Source of the DNA: an uncultured Wohlfahrtiimonas sp.
GTDB taxonomy: Bacteria > Pseudomonadota > Gammaproteobacteria > Cardiobacteriales > Wohlfahrtiimonadaceae
Reading direction: 5' to 3'
DNA length: 64,000 bases
Assembly: GCA_947630895.1 (NCBI GenBank)
Contig: CANRJJ010000002.1
Coordinates: 7,852-71,851 of the forward strand
Every line of letters begins with the position of its first letter. Position 1 is the first letter of the stretch. Positions 27,560 to 38,269 of the stretch are shown here, piece after piece. The notes under the pieces were generated by a model. It ran no database searches. It saw only the letters and a list, made by a program, of their open reading frames with translations, and was not told where the DNA came from. The position numbers and the translations under genes are program-made.

Positions 27560-29320
27560 TTATTCAATTGTATCTTTTTCTTCTCCTAAACGATAAAGAC
27601 TTGCGTAGATGTTGTTTTTTTCCAACAACTCCTTATGCGTTCCCATTTCAACGATCTTACCGTGCTCAAAAACAACAATGCGATCAGCCTGCTCAATTGT
27701 ACTTAATCTATGAGCAATAATGATGGTTGTCGTATCTTTACTAAGCACTTTTATACTTTCTTGAATATTAAATTCACTCTTCGTATCCAAGCTACTTGTT
27801 GCTTCGTCTAAGATTAAAATTGGTGCTTGCTTATATAGTGCACGAGCAATTGCAATTCTTTGACGTTGCCCACCTGATAGCTTGCCACCATTCTCGCCAA
27901 CTTGTGTATTCAAACCTTCTGGTAGTGCTTCAATGAATTGCCAAGCATTCGCATTTTTAGTCGCTTCAATGATTCGATTCATGTCAGGATTTGGATCACC
28001 CAATGCAATATTATTGGCAATAGTATCTGCAAACAGAACAACATGCTGACTGACATAACTAATGTGATCACGATAATCTCTGAGAGATAAGTCCGCTAGA
28101 TTATATTCATCCACAAGAATGTTACCTTTGGTCGGGGAATAAAATCCTGCGAGTAAATTTGCAAATGTACTTTTGCCACTGCCTGATGCACCGACGAGAG
28201 CGACAGTTTCTTTAGATTGAATATTGATGGACAAATGATCGAAAACATTTGGTAGATTTTCATCATATTGGAAGCTAATGTCATCAAAGTGAATATTGCC
28301 TTTAATCTGTAAAGGTAGCTTTTCAGGATTATGATGTGTTGCAGTATCTCGCTCAATAGGTGCATCAATCAATTTAAATACACTTTCCGCACCAGCTAAG
28401 CCGCGTTGTAATGATTCATTTAATCTAGTGAGTCTTTTAATTGGATTAAGTAAGCCAACCATTGCAGCTAAAGTTGCCAAGAATGCGCCAGGTGTTAATC
28501 CATCATCACTAACTTGTTGAGATGCGTAGCTAATAACGCCAGCAACACAAAATACAATTAATAATTGAACCAATGGGCTTGCAGTTTCTGAGGCAACCAT
28601 GATTTTTACATTGACGCGTTGTAATTGATTATTGGTTTTGTGAAAGCGTTCTCTGACAAAGTCGTAAGCATTAAATAGCTTGATTTCTTTGTTACCACGA
28701 ATTGTTTCTTCTGTGATGTGATTCAAATGACCCATATCTTCTTGAGCTTTGTGTGACAATTTACGAAGGCGTTTTGAAACTACTCGTAAAATTATCGCAA
28801 CAAATGGCGCAATCAAAAACATGATCAAACTAATTTTCCAGCTGTTATAAAACATTACAAATAATAAACCGATGATTGCAGCTGAATCTTTGATTAATGT
28901 AACGAGCGCAAAAGAGCTGATTGTTAATAACTGGTTAACATCGAATGTTAATTTTGAGAGCAGCGAGCCAGAGCTGTTTTTGTCATATTCAGCGATTGGT
29001 AGCGTGATCAATCGATCGAACATTTGTTGGCGCAATGTTTGTATCACTTTTTGTGCGACAAATTGCATCCCAACATTACCTAAAAAGGCAAATACACTTT
29101 TCACTAGAAATACAGCGATTAAGATGAAAGGCATCATTTGGATAAAACTAGGATCTTTTTCGAAGAAGCCTTTGTCTAAAATTGGTTTTAAGAGTGCGAA
29201 TAAGCCAGCTTCAAAAATGCCTGAAAGCGCAATAGCGATCAACGCAAATATTAATATTCCACGTCTTTGTGCTGTATAAGATAAGAGTCTTTTATATAGC
29301 TGTAAGCTAGTAGTTTGCAT
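27560..29320 (-). CDS. msbA: Lipid A export ABC transporter (permease/ATPase) MsbA
   Basis: 586 aa. It is collinear with E. coli MsbA (LLKPILDKGF...). Walker A GASGSGKST, signature LSGGQRQRIAIARAL, Walker B ILILDEATSSLD. Confidence 0.88.
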   Translation of the reverse strand: MQTTSLQLYKRLLSYTAQRRGILIFALIAIALSGIFEAGLFALLKPILDKGFFEKDPSFIQMMPFILIAVFLVKSVFAFLGNVGMQFVAQKVIQTLRQQMFDRLITLPIAEYDKNSSGSLLSKLTFDVNQLLTISSFALVTLIKDSAAIIGLLFVMFYNSWKISLIMFLIAPFVAIILRVVSKRLRKLSHKAQEDMGHLNHITEETIRGNKEIKLFNAYDFVRERFHKTNNQLQRVNVKIMVASETASPLVQLLIVFCVAGVISYASQQVSDDGLTPGAFLATLAAMVGLLNPIKRLTRLNESLQRGLAGAESVFKLIDAPIERDTATHHNPEKLPLQIKGNIHFDDISFQYDENLPNVFDHLSINIQSKETVALVGASGSGKSTFANLLAGFYSPTKGNILVDEYNLADLSLRDYRDHISYVSQHVVLFADTIANNIALGDPNPDMNRIIEATKNANAWQFIEALPEGLNTQVGENGGKLSGGQRQRIAIARALYKQAPILILDEATSSLDTKSEFNIQESIKVLSKDTTTIIIAHRLSTIEQADRIVVFEHGKIVEMGTHKELLEKNNIYASLYRLGEEKDTIE

Positions 29321-29364
29321 AATCTTTTTAGTATAAAAAAGAAATAATTATGCCATATATAGCA

Positions 29365-29397
29365 AAAGCGCACAGAAAGAATGTTTCTGTGCGCTTT
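29365..29397 (-). terminator. Intrinsic terminator downstream of pal (minus strand)
   Basis: 14-bp stem aaagcgcacagaaa / tttctgtgcgcttt with a 5-nt loop. On the minus strand it is followed by a short T-rich stretch. Confidence 0.65.
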
Positions 29398-29426
29398 AGA
29401 TTTTAAGTTGTGAGCTGTTTTATCGA

Positions 29427-29927
29427 TTAGTAGATGATTTCAACACGACGGTTTTGTGCGTGAGCACCTTCATCTGAACCACCAACAGCAGGACGTTCTT
29501 TGCCGTAGCTTACGATTCGAATTTGGTTAGGATTCACGCCATCTGCAACCATTAAATTAGAAACAGCTTTAGCGCGTCTTTCACCTAATCCAATGTTGTA
29601 TTCGCGAGAACCACGATCATCTGTATGGCCTTCTAAAATTACACCACGAGATGGATTTTGACGAAGTTCAGCAGCGTGAGCGCTAACAACGTTGTAAGAT
29701 TCTTGGCGTAAACGATCAGAGTCGAAATCAAAGTATAAGATTCTGTCTTGTGTACCGCGCTTACCATACATTGGATCGTAGTAAGTACTAGCTTGTTCGC
29801 CGTTGTAGCCAGAGCCACTACCAAAAGCACCATTGCTTCCATCAGCAGATCCAGACGTGGAAGAACACGCTCCTACGATAGCAGAAAGACAAACGATGCT
29901 AAGAAGTTTGAGGCTGCGTTTTTTCAT
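29427..29927 (-). CDS. pal: Peptidoglycan-associated lipoprotein Pal
   Basis: 166 aa. Lipobox IVGAC, OmpA_C motifs FDFDSD, GHTDDRGSREYNIGLGERRA and NRRVEI. It is located downstream of tolB. Confidence 0.93.
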   Translation of the reverse strand: MKKRSLKLLSIVCLSAIVGACSSTSGSADGSNGAFGSGSGYNGEQASTYYDPMYGKRGTQDRILYFDFDSDRLRQESYNVVSAHAAELRQNPSRGVILEGHTDDRGSREYNIGLGERRAKAVSNLMVADGVNPNQIRIVSYGKERPAVGGSDEGAHAQNRRVEIIY

Positions 29928-29963
29928 AATTTCTCCCTATTAAATTGAAATTAATTTAGTGTA

Positions 29964-31220
29964 TTAATTTGACCAAGCTGGCTCTCTGACATCCGAAGCA
30001 TTGCTTGAGAATTGTTGTGTAACATTTCCATCATTAGAAACAGCATTTAAACCACCATTTCCATTTGCGTAAATAATCATATGGCCATTGCTCGAGAAGC
30101 TTGGAGCTTCATCTCTGCCACCATTGGTTAAACGCTTAGTTGCACCTGTTTGTAAATCAGTGATTGCAATACCAAAGCCATTGCCACTACCACGATTCAT
30201 TGTTGCTAAGTAACGACCATCATTTGAGATCGCTGGGCTCGCATTATAGTTACCGAAGTTTGAAACTCTTACAGGAATTGCACCGCTATTTGGACTAATA
30301 CGATAAATTTGAGGATTGCCAGCTCTATCTGAAGTGAAGTAAATCATATTATCTCTACCCCAAACAGGTTCGGTATCAATACTCGGATGATTGGTTAAAC
30401 GAGTAAGATTTCTGCCATAAATATCAGAAGTATAAATTTCAGGATTACCATCTTTAGATAATGTGAATGCTAAACGAGTACCATCAGGAGACCAAGTTGG
30501 TGCGCTGTTGATGCCAGGTAAATCTAAGACAACATGACGTTTTCCAGAATAAACATCTTGAACGATGATCTTACTTTTTTTACCTTCCAATGAAGCATAA
30601 GCAATTTGCTGACCATTTGGTGACCATGCAGGTGATAAAATTGGCTCAGGTGAATTAAAAATTGTACTTGGATATGCGCCATCAGCATCAGAAACGATTA
30701 ACTGATATTGACGGCCATTTTTCGCAACGTATGCAACTTTTGTATCAAACGAACCAGTTACACCTAAAATTTGCTGATAAATAGCATCGGCAATTTGGTG
30801 AGCTGTTTTGCGCCATTGACGTTCATTACCGCCATTAACGGTATAAACGCGCTGTAACATAGATTTTTTAGAGAAAGTATTCATCAAATCCACAGAAACT
30901 TGATTGCCTCTCACTGTTAAAAATACGCCATATTGAACGCCACGTTTCATCCATGCATCACTATTGATGCTAGCAGGACCTGCGTTTGGCTCAGGAGAGT
31001 TACTCGCTGGTAATGTAATGAAACGGCCAGATCGAGCAAGGTCGGCACCGACCACTTGTTCAACATAATTACCTTGTGGGTCGCTAGAGAATAACGCTAT
31101 CGGCATAGCATTATTGGCAGCTTTAGTGACTTGTATTTTTAATTGAGCATGACTAAATGTGAGAAGTGAAATAAGGATCAGTAAAATTCCATATTTCAAT
31201 CTTGCAACATGTTTCTTCAT
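29964..31220 (-). CDS. tolB: Tol-Pal system beta-propeller protein TolB
   Basis: 418 aa with a signal peptide. Repeated P.WSPDG-type blades: PAWSPNGQQIAY, PTWSPDGTRLAF, PAISNDGRYLA. Confidence 0.95.
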   Translation of the reverse strand: MKKHVARLKYGILLILISLLTFSHAQLKIQVTKAANNAMPIALFSSDPQGNYVEQVVGADLARSGRFITLPASNSPEPNAGPASINSDAWMKRGVQYGVFLTVRGNQVSVDLMNTFSKKSMLQRVYTVNGGNERQWRKTAHQIADAIYQQILGVTGSFDTKVAYVAKNGRQYQLIVSDADGAYPSTIFNSPEPILSPAWSPNGQQIAYASLEGKKSKIIVQDVYSGKRHVVLDLPGINSAPTWSPDGTRLAFTLSKDGNPEIYTSDIYGRNLTRLTNHPSIDTEPVWGRDNMIYFTSDRAGNPQIYRISPNSGAIPVRVSNFGNYNASPAISNDGRYLATMNRGSGNGFGIAITDLQTGATKRLTNGGRDEAPSFSSNGHMIIYANGNGGLNAVSNDGNVTQQFSSNASDVREPAWSN

Positions 31221-31239
31221 TTTACACCTCTTGAGATGA

Positions 31240-31794
31240 TTACGATTTGTTGAGAGCCCAGATGCTATCTAGATTGCGCCAGTATTCGTTGCAATCCATA
31301 CCACAACCAAAAACATAACGGTCTGGTACATCTAAACCAATATAGTCTACTTTAAAATTATTTGGTTTGCGATTATGGACTTTATTAAATAAAGTTGCAG
31401 TGTACACTTTTGTTGCGCCCATTTCTGCTAAAGCAACCGTGATTGCTTCTAAGGTTGTGCCTTCATCAAAAATATCATCCACTAGTAAAACAGGGCGATC
31501 TTCTACCGGTATGCTTGGCGGTGCAACCCATTGAAGTTCTCCGCCAGTTTGTGCGCCTCTGTAACGAGTCGCATGTAAGTAACCGATTCTGAAAGGGAAA
31601 TTTAATCGTGAAAGTAGTAATCCACCAGGGATTAAAGCACCATTCATGACGACTAAAACAATAGGATCTAATTCGGATAAATCATTTTGTATCTCGACAG
31701 CCATTGTATCGAGTGCATCGCGTACAGCTTGCGCAGAAATAATTTCTTCAGCATTATCTAAAATTTGCTGAGCTTTATTGTCGGAATTTGACAT
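31240..31794 (-). CDS. hpt: Hypoxanthine/guanine phosphoribosyltransferase
   Basis: 184 aa. PRPP-binding motif VLLVDDIFDEGTTL and the 6-oxopurine PRT fold pattern. Confidence 0.75.
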   Translation of the reverse strand: MSNSDNKAQQILDNAEEIISAQAVRDALDTMAVEIQNDLSELDPIVLVVMNGALIPGGLLLSRLNFPFRIGYLHATRYRGAQTGGELQWVAPPSIPVEDRPVLLVDDIFDEGTTLEAITVALAEMGATKVYTATLFNKVHNRKPNNFKVDYIGLDVPDRYVFGCGMDCNEYWRNLDSIWALNKS

Positions 31795-31820
31795 AGCATA
31801 CCTTTTTAGATGAATAAAAC

Positions 31821-33098
31821 TTAGTGAGATGTGTTTTTCTTATTAGTTGTGTACTGAGCAAGAATTCTATTCGTCATTTCTGAATTACCTTCTTTCTCTA
31901 GTTCTTTTAATAGAGAAATCAAAGGATGAAGAATACGATTGCCCATCTGTGTTACAACTTGATCAAACACATCATCGAGATCGGTCTGATTTTGATGTTG
32001 AGCTAACTGCTTTGCTTTACGAATGGTCGTTATTTTTTGTTCGTCAGCAAAGTGAAATACTGATTGCAGATGAACTGAAAGATCAGCCAGTTGAAGCCAA
32101 TTTTCCCATTCAGCAACACTTTGTTGAATATAAACCTCAGCTTCTTTCGCTGCGGCTTCTCGTGATTGATAGTTTTTTTCAACAATATTGTTGAGATCAT
32201 CCACGCTGTAAAGATAGATATCATCTAATTCATTAACATTAGCTTCAATGTCTCTCGGTACAGCAATATCTACCATCAAGATTGGTTTGTTGCGACGAGC
32301 TTTTAATGCTTGGCTTGCCATTTCTTTAGAAATTAGAGAGAAAGGCGCGCCTGTAGATGAGATCACAATATCAGCATTGACTAATAAATCAGGGATTTGT
32401 TCTAGCGGATGAACAGTGGATGGTATTGCTAAACGGCTACTCATTTCTGAAGCGCGACTTTGTGTACGATTAGCGATTGAGATAGACTTAACATTTGCCT
32501 CGATGAGGTGTTCAGCGACCAATTCAATCGTTTCACCCGCGCCAATTAACAATACATTTTGCTCAGAAACATCAAAGATTTGTTTCGCCAATTGTACGGC
32601 GGTATAAGCAACAGAAATGGTATAAGCACCAATATTTGTTTCAGTGCGAATGCGTTTTGCTGTTTGGAAAGATAACTGGAATAGACGATTCAAAGTCTTG
32701 CATAAAGCACTTTCTTGCTTAGACATTTCAAAAGCTTGGCGCAATTGCCCCATAATTTGAGGTTCACCCAAAATCAATGAATCTAAACCTGCCGTAACTT
32801 TTAATAAGTGCGCAATGGCTTCATTGTTTTGATAGAAATAGTGATATTTTTGAATGTCTTCCATAGAAATACGAGAATGGCTGCGCCACAACTCAAAAAA
32901 TTCTTCTAAGGAAGTGGTTAAGCCATCTAAGTAAAACTCTGTTCTATTACATGTTGACAGAATGACAACACCTTTTGTCCATTCATTTTTCTTCAGAGCT
33001 TGTATAAAGCCTGGGACATTTTCAGGCAATACAGAAGCCTGCTCACGTATTTCTACGGAAGCTGCTTTGTGATTAATGCCGATAGCTACTACAGTCAT
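31821..33098 (-). CDS. hemA: Glutamyl-tRNA reductase
   Basis: 425 aa. VILSTCNRTEFY carries the catalytic Cys, and the NADPH-binding motif is LLIGAGETIE. Confidence 0.95.
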   Translation of the reverse strand: MTVVAIGINHKAASVEIREQASVLPENVPGFIQALKKNEWTKGVVILSTCNRTEFYLDGLTTSLEEFFELWRSHSRISMEDIQKYHYFYQNNEAIAHLLKVTAGLDSLILGEPQIMGQLRQAFEMSKQESALCKTLNRLFQLSFQTAKRIRTETNIGAYTISVAYTAVQLAKQIFDVSEQNVLLIGAGETIELVAEHLIEANVKSISIANRTQSRASEMSSRLAIPSTVHPLEQIPDLLVNADIVISSTGAPFSLISKEMASQALKARRNKPILMVDIAVPRDIEANVNELDDIYLYSVDDLNNIVEKNYQSREAAAKEAEVYIQQSVAEWENWLQLADLSVHLQSVFHFADEQKITTIRKAKQLAQHQNQTDLDDVFDQVVTQMGNRILHPLISLLKELEKEGNSEMTNRILAQYTTNKKNTSH

Positions 33099-33187
33099 AG
33101 ATGGTTAAATAATTCAGATAATGAAATCGTAAAAGTTGGATATATTAGCAAATTTTCAGCGTCTCTACATCTAAAAGAAGAAGATAA

Positions 33188-34288
33188 CTAAAGAGATTCA
33201 TAGAGTTCTTTGAGTTTTGCTTGGCTCTGAACTATTGTATCGCTGATTGGAGGAATGTATTTTGCTATTTTTGGAACAGAGAGTTCACGCAGAACATTTT
33301 CATATAAAACTGTCAGATCATTCGGCTCAGATTTGCCATTTGGATAGAATTTATTAAGATTCTCTCCAACGCCACCATAATCGAATCCAACAACAGGCGT
33401 GCCACAAGCCAATGATTCAATGACTGTTCTACCATAGGATTCAGGTTTTGATGTAATGGAAAGTGTTAGATCGGCCAAAGTATAAATTGAGGGCATGTCA
33501 TCACATGTGCCAAACCATAGGATTTGAGATTGTAATTTAGCTTCAGAAATCCGCTTTACCATCTCTTGATAATAATCTTCATTGCGTTTGTCATAGCCGC
33601 CGACAATGACAGCTTTAATGTTGACATAGCCTTCTTTTTTAAGATTAGCTATAAGATCAATCAATAAAGAGATACCTTTAATGCGTGTAATTCTACCTGG
33701 TAAAAGTATGAGTTTATCCTTAGTGAAATCAATACCAAGATCGATTAGTTTATCTTTAATTAAAGGCTGAGGATCATGATAAGTATTATAGAGATTTGCA
33801 TTAATACCTTGCGTGATCACCTCAATTTTATCCACAGGCTCTTGTGGATAAGCTTGTGATAGATAATCTTTCAAAGATTGAGAAACAGCAATCACTTTAT
33901 CTGCATGCAACATCTGTTGGCTGTATCGATTGATTGAGTTAAAGCCATGAACAGTTGTTACAATTTTAGGGTGATATGAGAGCTTTTTGATGGCTAATAA
34001 TATTAACCATGCCTGTAAGCGAGAATGAATATGGATGATATCTGGGTGGATTTCTTCAATCAGCTTTCTGAGGGCTCTAACTTTCATTAAAGAGCGAAGG
34101 TTTTTCTTTTCAATGGGTAATTGAAAATGTTGGCTACCTTGTTTAGTTAAAGTTTCGACTAATCGGCCACCAGCAGATATCACAAAACTGTCAGCATATT
34201 TCGCAATAGACTGACAATTCTCTAAAACGTAGTATTCAACGCCACCTTGATTTAAGGCAGGGAGAATTTGTAGGATTCTCATTCGCAT
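33188..34288 (-). CDS. GT4-family (GT-B, group 1) glycosyltransferase, probably LPS/LOS core
   Basis: 366 aa. N-terminal ILQILPALNQGGVEYYV and the C-terminal E..GRTVIESLACGTPVVG motif typical of Glycos_transf_1. Confidence 0.75.
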   Translation of the reverse strand: MRMRILQILPALNQGGVEYYVLENCQSIAKYADSFVISAGGRLVETLTKQGSQHFQLPIEKKNLRSLMKVRALRKLIEEIHPDIIHIHSRLQAWLILLAIKKLSYHPKIVTTVHGFNSINRYSQQMLHADKVIAVSQSLKDYLSQAYPQEPVDKIEVITQGINANLYNTYHDPQPLIKDKLIDLGIDFTKDKLILLPGRITRIKGISLLIDLIANLKKEGYVNIKAVIVGGYDKRNEDYYQEMVKRISEAKLQSQILWFGTCDDMPSIYTLADLTLSITSKPESYGRTVIESLACGTPVVGFDYGGVGENLNKFYPNGKSEPNDLTVLYENVLRELSVPKIAKYIPPISDTIVQSQAKLKELYESL

Positions 34289-34768
34289 TTATTCAAATTT
34301 ATAAGTGTAGCCGTAGCGTTCTTTATTGTTTGGGTCAAACATCGGTTTCGCCGTATGCCAAATATGATATTGCTCAGCAGAAATCATTAATACAGTGCTA
34401 TTACCATAACGATTCATTGTTGCAATATCTGTAATTGTTCCGATTGCAGAAATGCGCACATTTTGTAATTGCTCAGGTGAGATATATTCAGGAATATTGA
34501 TGATCGTACGTTCATTCATATTACCTCTATGAGAAGGTGCATTATTTTTGTCTAATAGCCCATTTGCAATTTCTATCTGTGTTGAGTGATTGCCATGTGT
34601 ATATGTAATGATCGGGCCGCCGACAACTACCGTTTGCCCTAACGTAACTTTTGGTGATTGCTGAATGGCTTCTTTATAAGTTAATGCACTGCTTGCTTTG
34701 TCACCAAAAGAAGAAGCACAAGCTGCTATCAATAGCGTTAAAGGTAATACTTTTAATAGATTTAACAT
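34289..34768 (-). CDS. Slp-family outer-membrane lipoprotein
   Basis: 159 aa. Lipobox LLIAAC, and its size and central pattern (G..V..GG.I...) are consistent with the Slp/YeaY family. The stop codon directly abuts the start of the downstream GT4 gene. Confidence 0.55.
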   Translation of the reverse strand: MLNLLKVLPLTLLIAACASSFGDKASSALTYKEAIQQSPKVTLGQTVVVGGPIITYTHGNHSTQIEIANGLLDKNNAPSHRGNMNERTIINIPEYISPEQLQNVRISAIGTITDIATMNRYGNSTVLMISAEQYHIWHTAKPMFDPNNKERYGYTYKFE

Positions 34769-34864
34769 GTCAATAATGACCTAATTTAAATGATTGATAT
34801 TGTCTGAATGAATTACTTTTAGTACAAAATGCATTTTTGCAATTGGTGAGTATATTGAATGATA

Positions 34865-36337
34865 TTATCTTTCATAACCATACTCTTTTAGTAATTTACT
34901 CATTTTGTCCACAACTTCTTGATCCATTTCTATTGGAATACCCCATTCACGATCTGTTTCTCCAGGCCATTTATTGGTTGCATCCATGCCCATTTTTGAG
35001 CCTAGACCTGAAACAGGTGAAGCGAAGTCAAGATAGTCAATTGGTGTATTATCCACCATCACAGTATCTCTAGATGGATCCATTCTTGTAGTAATTGCCC
35101 AAATAACATCGTTCCAATCACGACAATTCACATCTTCATCCACAATGATCACAAATTTTGTGTACATGAATTGGCGTAAGAAAGACCAAACACCTAGCAT
35201 TAATCGTTTCGCATGGCCTGGATATTGTTTTTTAATCGATACAACTGCCATTCGATAAGAGCAACCTTCAGGTGGTAAATAGAAATCAACAATCTCAGGA
35301 AATTGCTTCTGAATGATTGGTACGAATACTTCATTCAATGCAACGCCAAGCATCGCAGGTTCATCAGGTGGGCGACCTGTATAAGTCGAATGATAAATAG
35401 GATCTTTACGATGTGTGATACGCTCGACCGTCATTACAGGGAAATTATCCACTTCATTATAGTAACCAGTGTGATCGCCATAAGGGCCTTCAGGCGCCAT
35501 ATCATCTGGGTAAATATAGCCTTCCAAAACGATTTCAGCATAAGCAGGAACAGTTAATTCATCCGATATTAATGACTTTGCAACATAGGTTTGTTTACCG
35601 CGAAGCAAACCTGCAAAGGCATATTCAGACAACGTATCAGGAATTGGTGTCACAGCCGCAATGATGGTTGCAGGATCAGCACCTAATGCGACAGTTACAG
35701 GGAAAGGTTTGCCTGGGTTTTTTAATTGGAATTCACGAAAATCTAATGCGCCGCCGCGATGAGCTAACCAGCGCATAATAATACGGTTTTTACCAATCAC
35801 TTGTTGGCGGTAAATACCAATGTTTTGACGTTTTTTATGTGGACCTTTGGTGATGGTTAGGCCCCAAGTGATTAATGGAGCTGCATCTAAAGGCCAACAT
35901 TTTTGAATAGGGAGTTTGCTTAAATCGACATCATCTTTTTCAATGATTACTTCGCGGCAAGCAGGTGTAGAAGTCATTTTCGACTTCATTGATAAGACTC
36001 TTTTGAAAATAGGGAATTGCTTGAGCATTGAGCGCAAGCTCTCAGGCGGAGAAGGCTCTTTTAAAAATGCCAATAATTCACCAATTTCACGCAATTTCGC
36101 AGGGTCTTGTTCACCAATCGCTAAAGCAACGCGTTCAGGTGCACCGAATAAGTTAGTTAAAACAGGGATTGTATGGTCTTTTGGGTTTTCAAACAGAAGG
36201 GCAGGGCCTTGTTGTCTTAAAACATGATCTGAAAACTCAGTCATTTCAAGATTGGTATCAATCTCATGTGAAACTCGCTGTAATTTGCCGTTTTTTTCTA
36301 AATAATCGATAAATTCTCTTAAGTCTTGAAATTGCAT
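34865..36337 (-). CDS. ubiD: 4-hydroxy-3-polyprenylbenzoate decarboxylase
   Basis: 490 aa. [15 protein letters not shown]...[10 protein letters not shown] and the rest of the protein follow the UbiD pattern along the full length. Confidence 0.93.
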   Translation of the reverse strand: MQFQDLREFIDYLEKNGKLQRVSHEIDTNLEMTEFSDHVLRQQGPALLFENPKDHTIPVLTNLFGAPERVALAIGEQDPAKLREIGELLAFLKEPSPPESLRSMLKQFPIFKRVLSMKSKMTSTPACREVIIEKDDVDLSKLPIQKCWPLDAAPLITWGLTITKGPHKKRQNIGIYRQQVIGKNRIIMRWLAHRGGALDFREFQLKNPGKPFPVTVALGADPATIIAAVTPIPDTLSEYAFAGLLRGKQTYVAKSLISDELTVPAYAEIVLEGYIYPDDMAPEGPYGDHTGYYNEVDNFPVMTVERITHRKDPIYHSTYTGRPPDEPAMLGVALNEVFVPIIQKQFPEIVDFYLPPEGCSYRMAVVSIKKQYPGHAKRLMLGVWSFLRQFMYTKFVIIVDEDVNCRDWNDVIWAITTRMDPSRDTVMVDNTPIDYLDFASPVSGLGSKMGMDATNKWPGETDREWGIPIEMDQEVVDKMSKLLKEYGYER

Positions 36338-36446
36338 GCCGATCAGTCCAACCCAAAAAATCCGATTATAGCATTAATAAAAATCCATCTGTTATAATTC
36401 GGGGCTTAAACTTTGAAGTGAATAATGAATAAAATAAGAGGCTGAT

Positions 36447-37055
36447 ATGTTGTGGGATGTGAATCAAATCGATTTAGAATTACAAAAAGCAGATGAACTA
36501 TTAAAGGATTTAGGCAAGGCAGTCACCATATTTGGTTCTGCGCGAATCCCAGAAGATAATCATTATTATCAATCCACCGTCAAAGTAGCAGAAAAGATTG
36601 GTGAAGCAGGTTATGCGATCATTTCAGGTGGCGGACCTGGCATTATGGCTGCTGCAAATAAAGGTGCTCAATTAGCGAATGCAGATTCGGTGGGTTTGAA
36701 CATCGTTTTGCCAAATGAGCAGAAGCCTAATCCTTATCAGACTCATTCATTAACTTTTTCACAATTCATCCCGCGTAAACAGACATTTTTTAATTATTCA
36801 TCAGCATTTATCTGTATGCCTGGTGGGTTTGGCACGTTGGATGAACTGTTTGAAGTTTTGACTTTGATTCAAACGGGTAAATTAAAACAAGCGCCAGTGA
36901 TGCTATACGATCACGATTTTTGGGGACAACTCTTTGGCTGGTTTAAAACATCTTTGATGGATCAAAAACTCATCAGTAACGATACATTTGAATGGGTATA
37001 TATTGTCAATTCAGCCGATGAAGTGATGGAGGTTTTGAAAAAGCATAATGTTTAA
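36447..37055 (+). CDS. LOG-family (TIGR00730) nucleotide phosphoribohydrolase-like protein
   Basis: 202 aa. Motifs GGGPGIM and PGGFGTLDELFE. Confidence 0.85.
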   Translation: MLWDVNQIDLELQKADELLKDLGKAVTIFGSARIPEDNHYYQSTVKVAEKIGEAGYAIISGGGPGIMAAANKGAQLANADSVGLNIVLPNEQKPNPYQTHSLTFSQFIPRKQTFFNYSSAFICMPGGFGTLDELFEVLTLIQTGKLKQAPVMLYDHDFWGQLFGWFKTSLMDQKLISNDTFEWVYIVNSADEVMEVLKKHNV

Positions 37056-37125
37056 AATGATGTTATTGTAATTTTGCTGTGTAAAACCAGATTTTTTTAA
37101 AACTATAAATAACATGGAGATAATC

Positions 37126-37653
37126 ATGAAAAAATTGTTTTTAGCACTTTCTTTATCAGTCGCAATGACCACATTTGCAACAGCCGAAACAGTGGTTGTT
37201 GATATCAATGTTGTTACTGATGCAGGTGTCGCAGATAAGATTGGCACAGTAGAATTGCAAGACACTGAATATGGTGTTGTCTTTACGCCAAATTTAACAT
37301 CGTTGAGCCCAGGTGTGCATGGTTTTCATGTCCATGCTAATCCAAGTTGCGGTAATGAAGCGGCTGACGGCACAAAAGGACCTGCTTTAGCTGCTGGTGG
37401 GCATTTTGATCCTGCTGATACTAAAAAGCATGGTGCGCCATGGGGTGATGGGCATTTAGGTGATTTGCCACCGTTATATGTTGCTGCAGATGGCACTGCG
37501 ACGACAGCAGTATTGGCGCCACGCATTAAAAATATTAGCGATATTAAGAATAGAGCCATTATGGTTCATGTGCATGGTGATAACTTCTCAGATAATCCTG
37601 CGCCTTTAGGCGGAGGCGGTGCACGAGCTGCATGCGGCGTGATTAATGGCTAA
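37126..37653 (+). CDS. sodC: Periplasmic Cu/Zn superoxide dismutase
   Basis: The start at 37126 (MKKLF...) follows the RBS ggaga and gives a signal peptide. Motifs HGFHVHANPSCG and GGGGARAACGVI. Confidence 0.93.
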   Translation: MKKLFLALSLSVAMTTFATAETVVVDINVVTDAGVADKIGTVELQDTEYGVVFTPNLTSLSPGVHGFHVHANPSCGNEAADGTKGPALAAGGHFDPADTKKHGAPWGDGHLGDLPPLYVAADGTATTAVLAPRIKNISDIKNRAIMVHVHGDNFSDNPAPLGGGGARAACGVING

Positions 37654-37729
37654 TGAATAGCATCATTCGATGAAATACAAATACAGGGGCATCATGTTAG
37701 AATGTCCCTTTATTTTTAGGGTGATGAAA

Positions 37730-38269
37730 ATGCAAGCAAGTGATCGTTATTTGTTCTGGGTTGATTTAGAAATGACAGGTTTGGATGAAGAGCGTGATCA
37801 TATTATTGAGATTGCTTCCATTGTGACTGATAGCGATTTAAATGTTGTGGCAGAAGGGCCAGTGATTGCGATTCATCATCCACAAGAAGTATTAGATTTA
37901 ATGGATGATTGGAATCAAAATACACACGGACAATCAGGCTTGATTGACCGCATTAAGGCTAGCGATATTGATTTAGCGACAGCTGAAAAGATGACTTATG
38001 AATTTTTATCACAATGGATTGTAGAAAAAAGCTCACCATTGTGTGGCAATAGCATCGGTACTGATCGACGTTTCTTGAAAAAATATATGCCACAAATTGA
38101 TAATTATTTGCACTATAGAAATGTGGATGTAAGTTCATTTAAAGAGATGATTAAACGTTGGTATCCTGAAGGACAATCTTATGCAAAACAAAATACGCAT
38201 AAAGCATTGGATGATATTCGCGAATCAATCGAAGAATTGAAGTTTTATCGAGAGAACTATATTAAATGA
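37730..38269 (+). CDS. orn: Oligoribonuclease
   Basis: The start at 37730 (MQASDRYLFWVDLEMTGLD) matches the E. coli Orn N-terminus, whereas the tracked ORF starts at 37670. A DEDDh exonuclease motif HKALDDIRESIEEL is present. Confidence 0.93.
   Translation: MQASDRYLFWVDLEMTGLDEERDHIIEIASIVTDSDLNVVAEGPVIAIHHPQEVLDLMDDWNQNTHGQSGLIDRIKASDIDLATAEKMTYEFLSQWIVEKSSPLCGNSIGTDRRFLKKYMPQIDNYLHYRNVDVSSFKEMIKRWYPEGQSYAKQNTHKALDDIRESIEELKFYRENYIK

Noticed and set aside
34837-35073. A 78-aa plus-strand ORF at the 3' end of ubiD
   Set aside because: It is antisense to ubiD, with no RBS and an implausible composition.
36447-37055. The LOG-family gene as part of a nucleotide-signalling or defence module
   Set aside because: It is a stand-alone gene between ubiD and sodC with canonical LOG motifs, and it has no associated effector or sensor genes.
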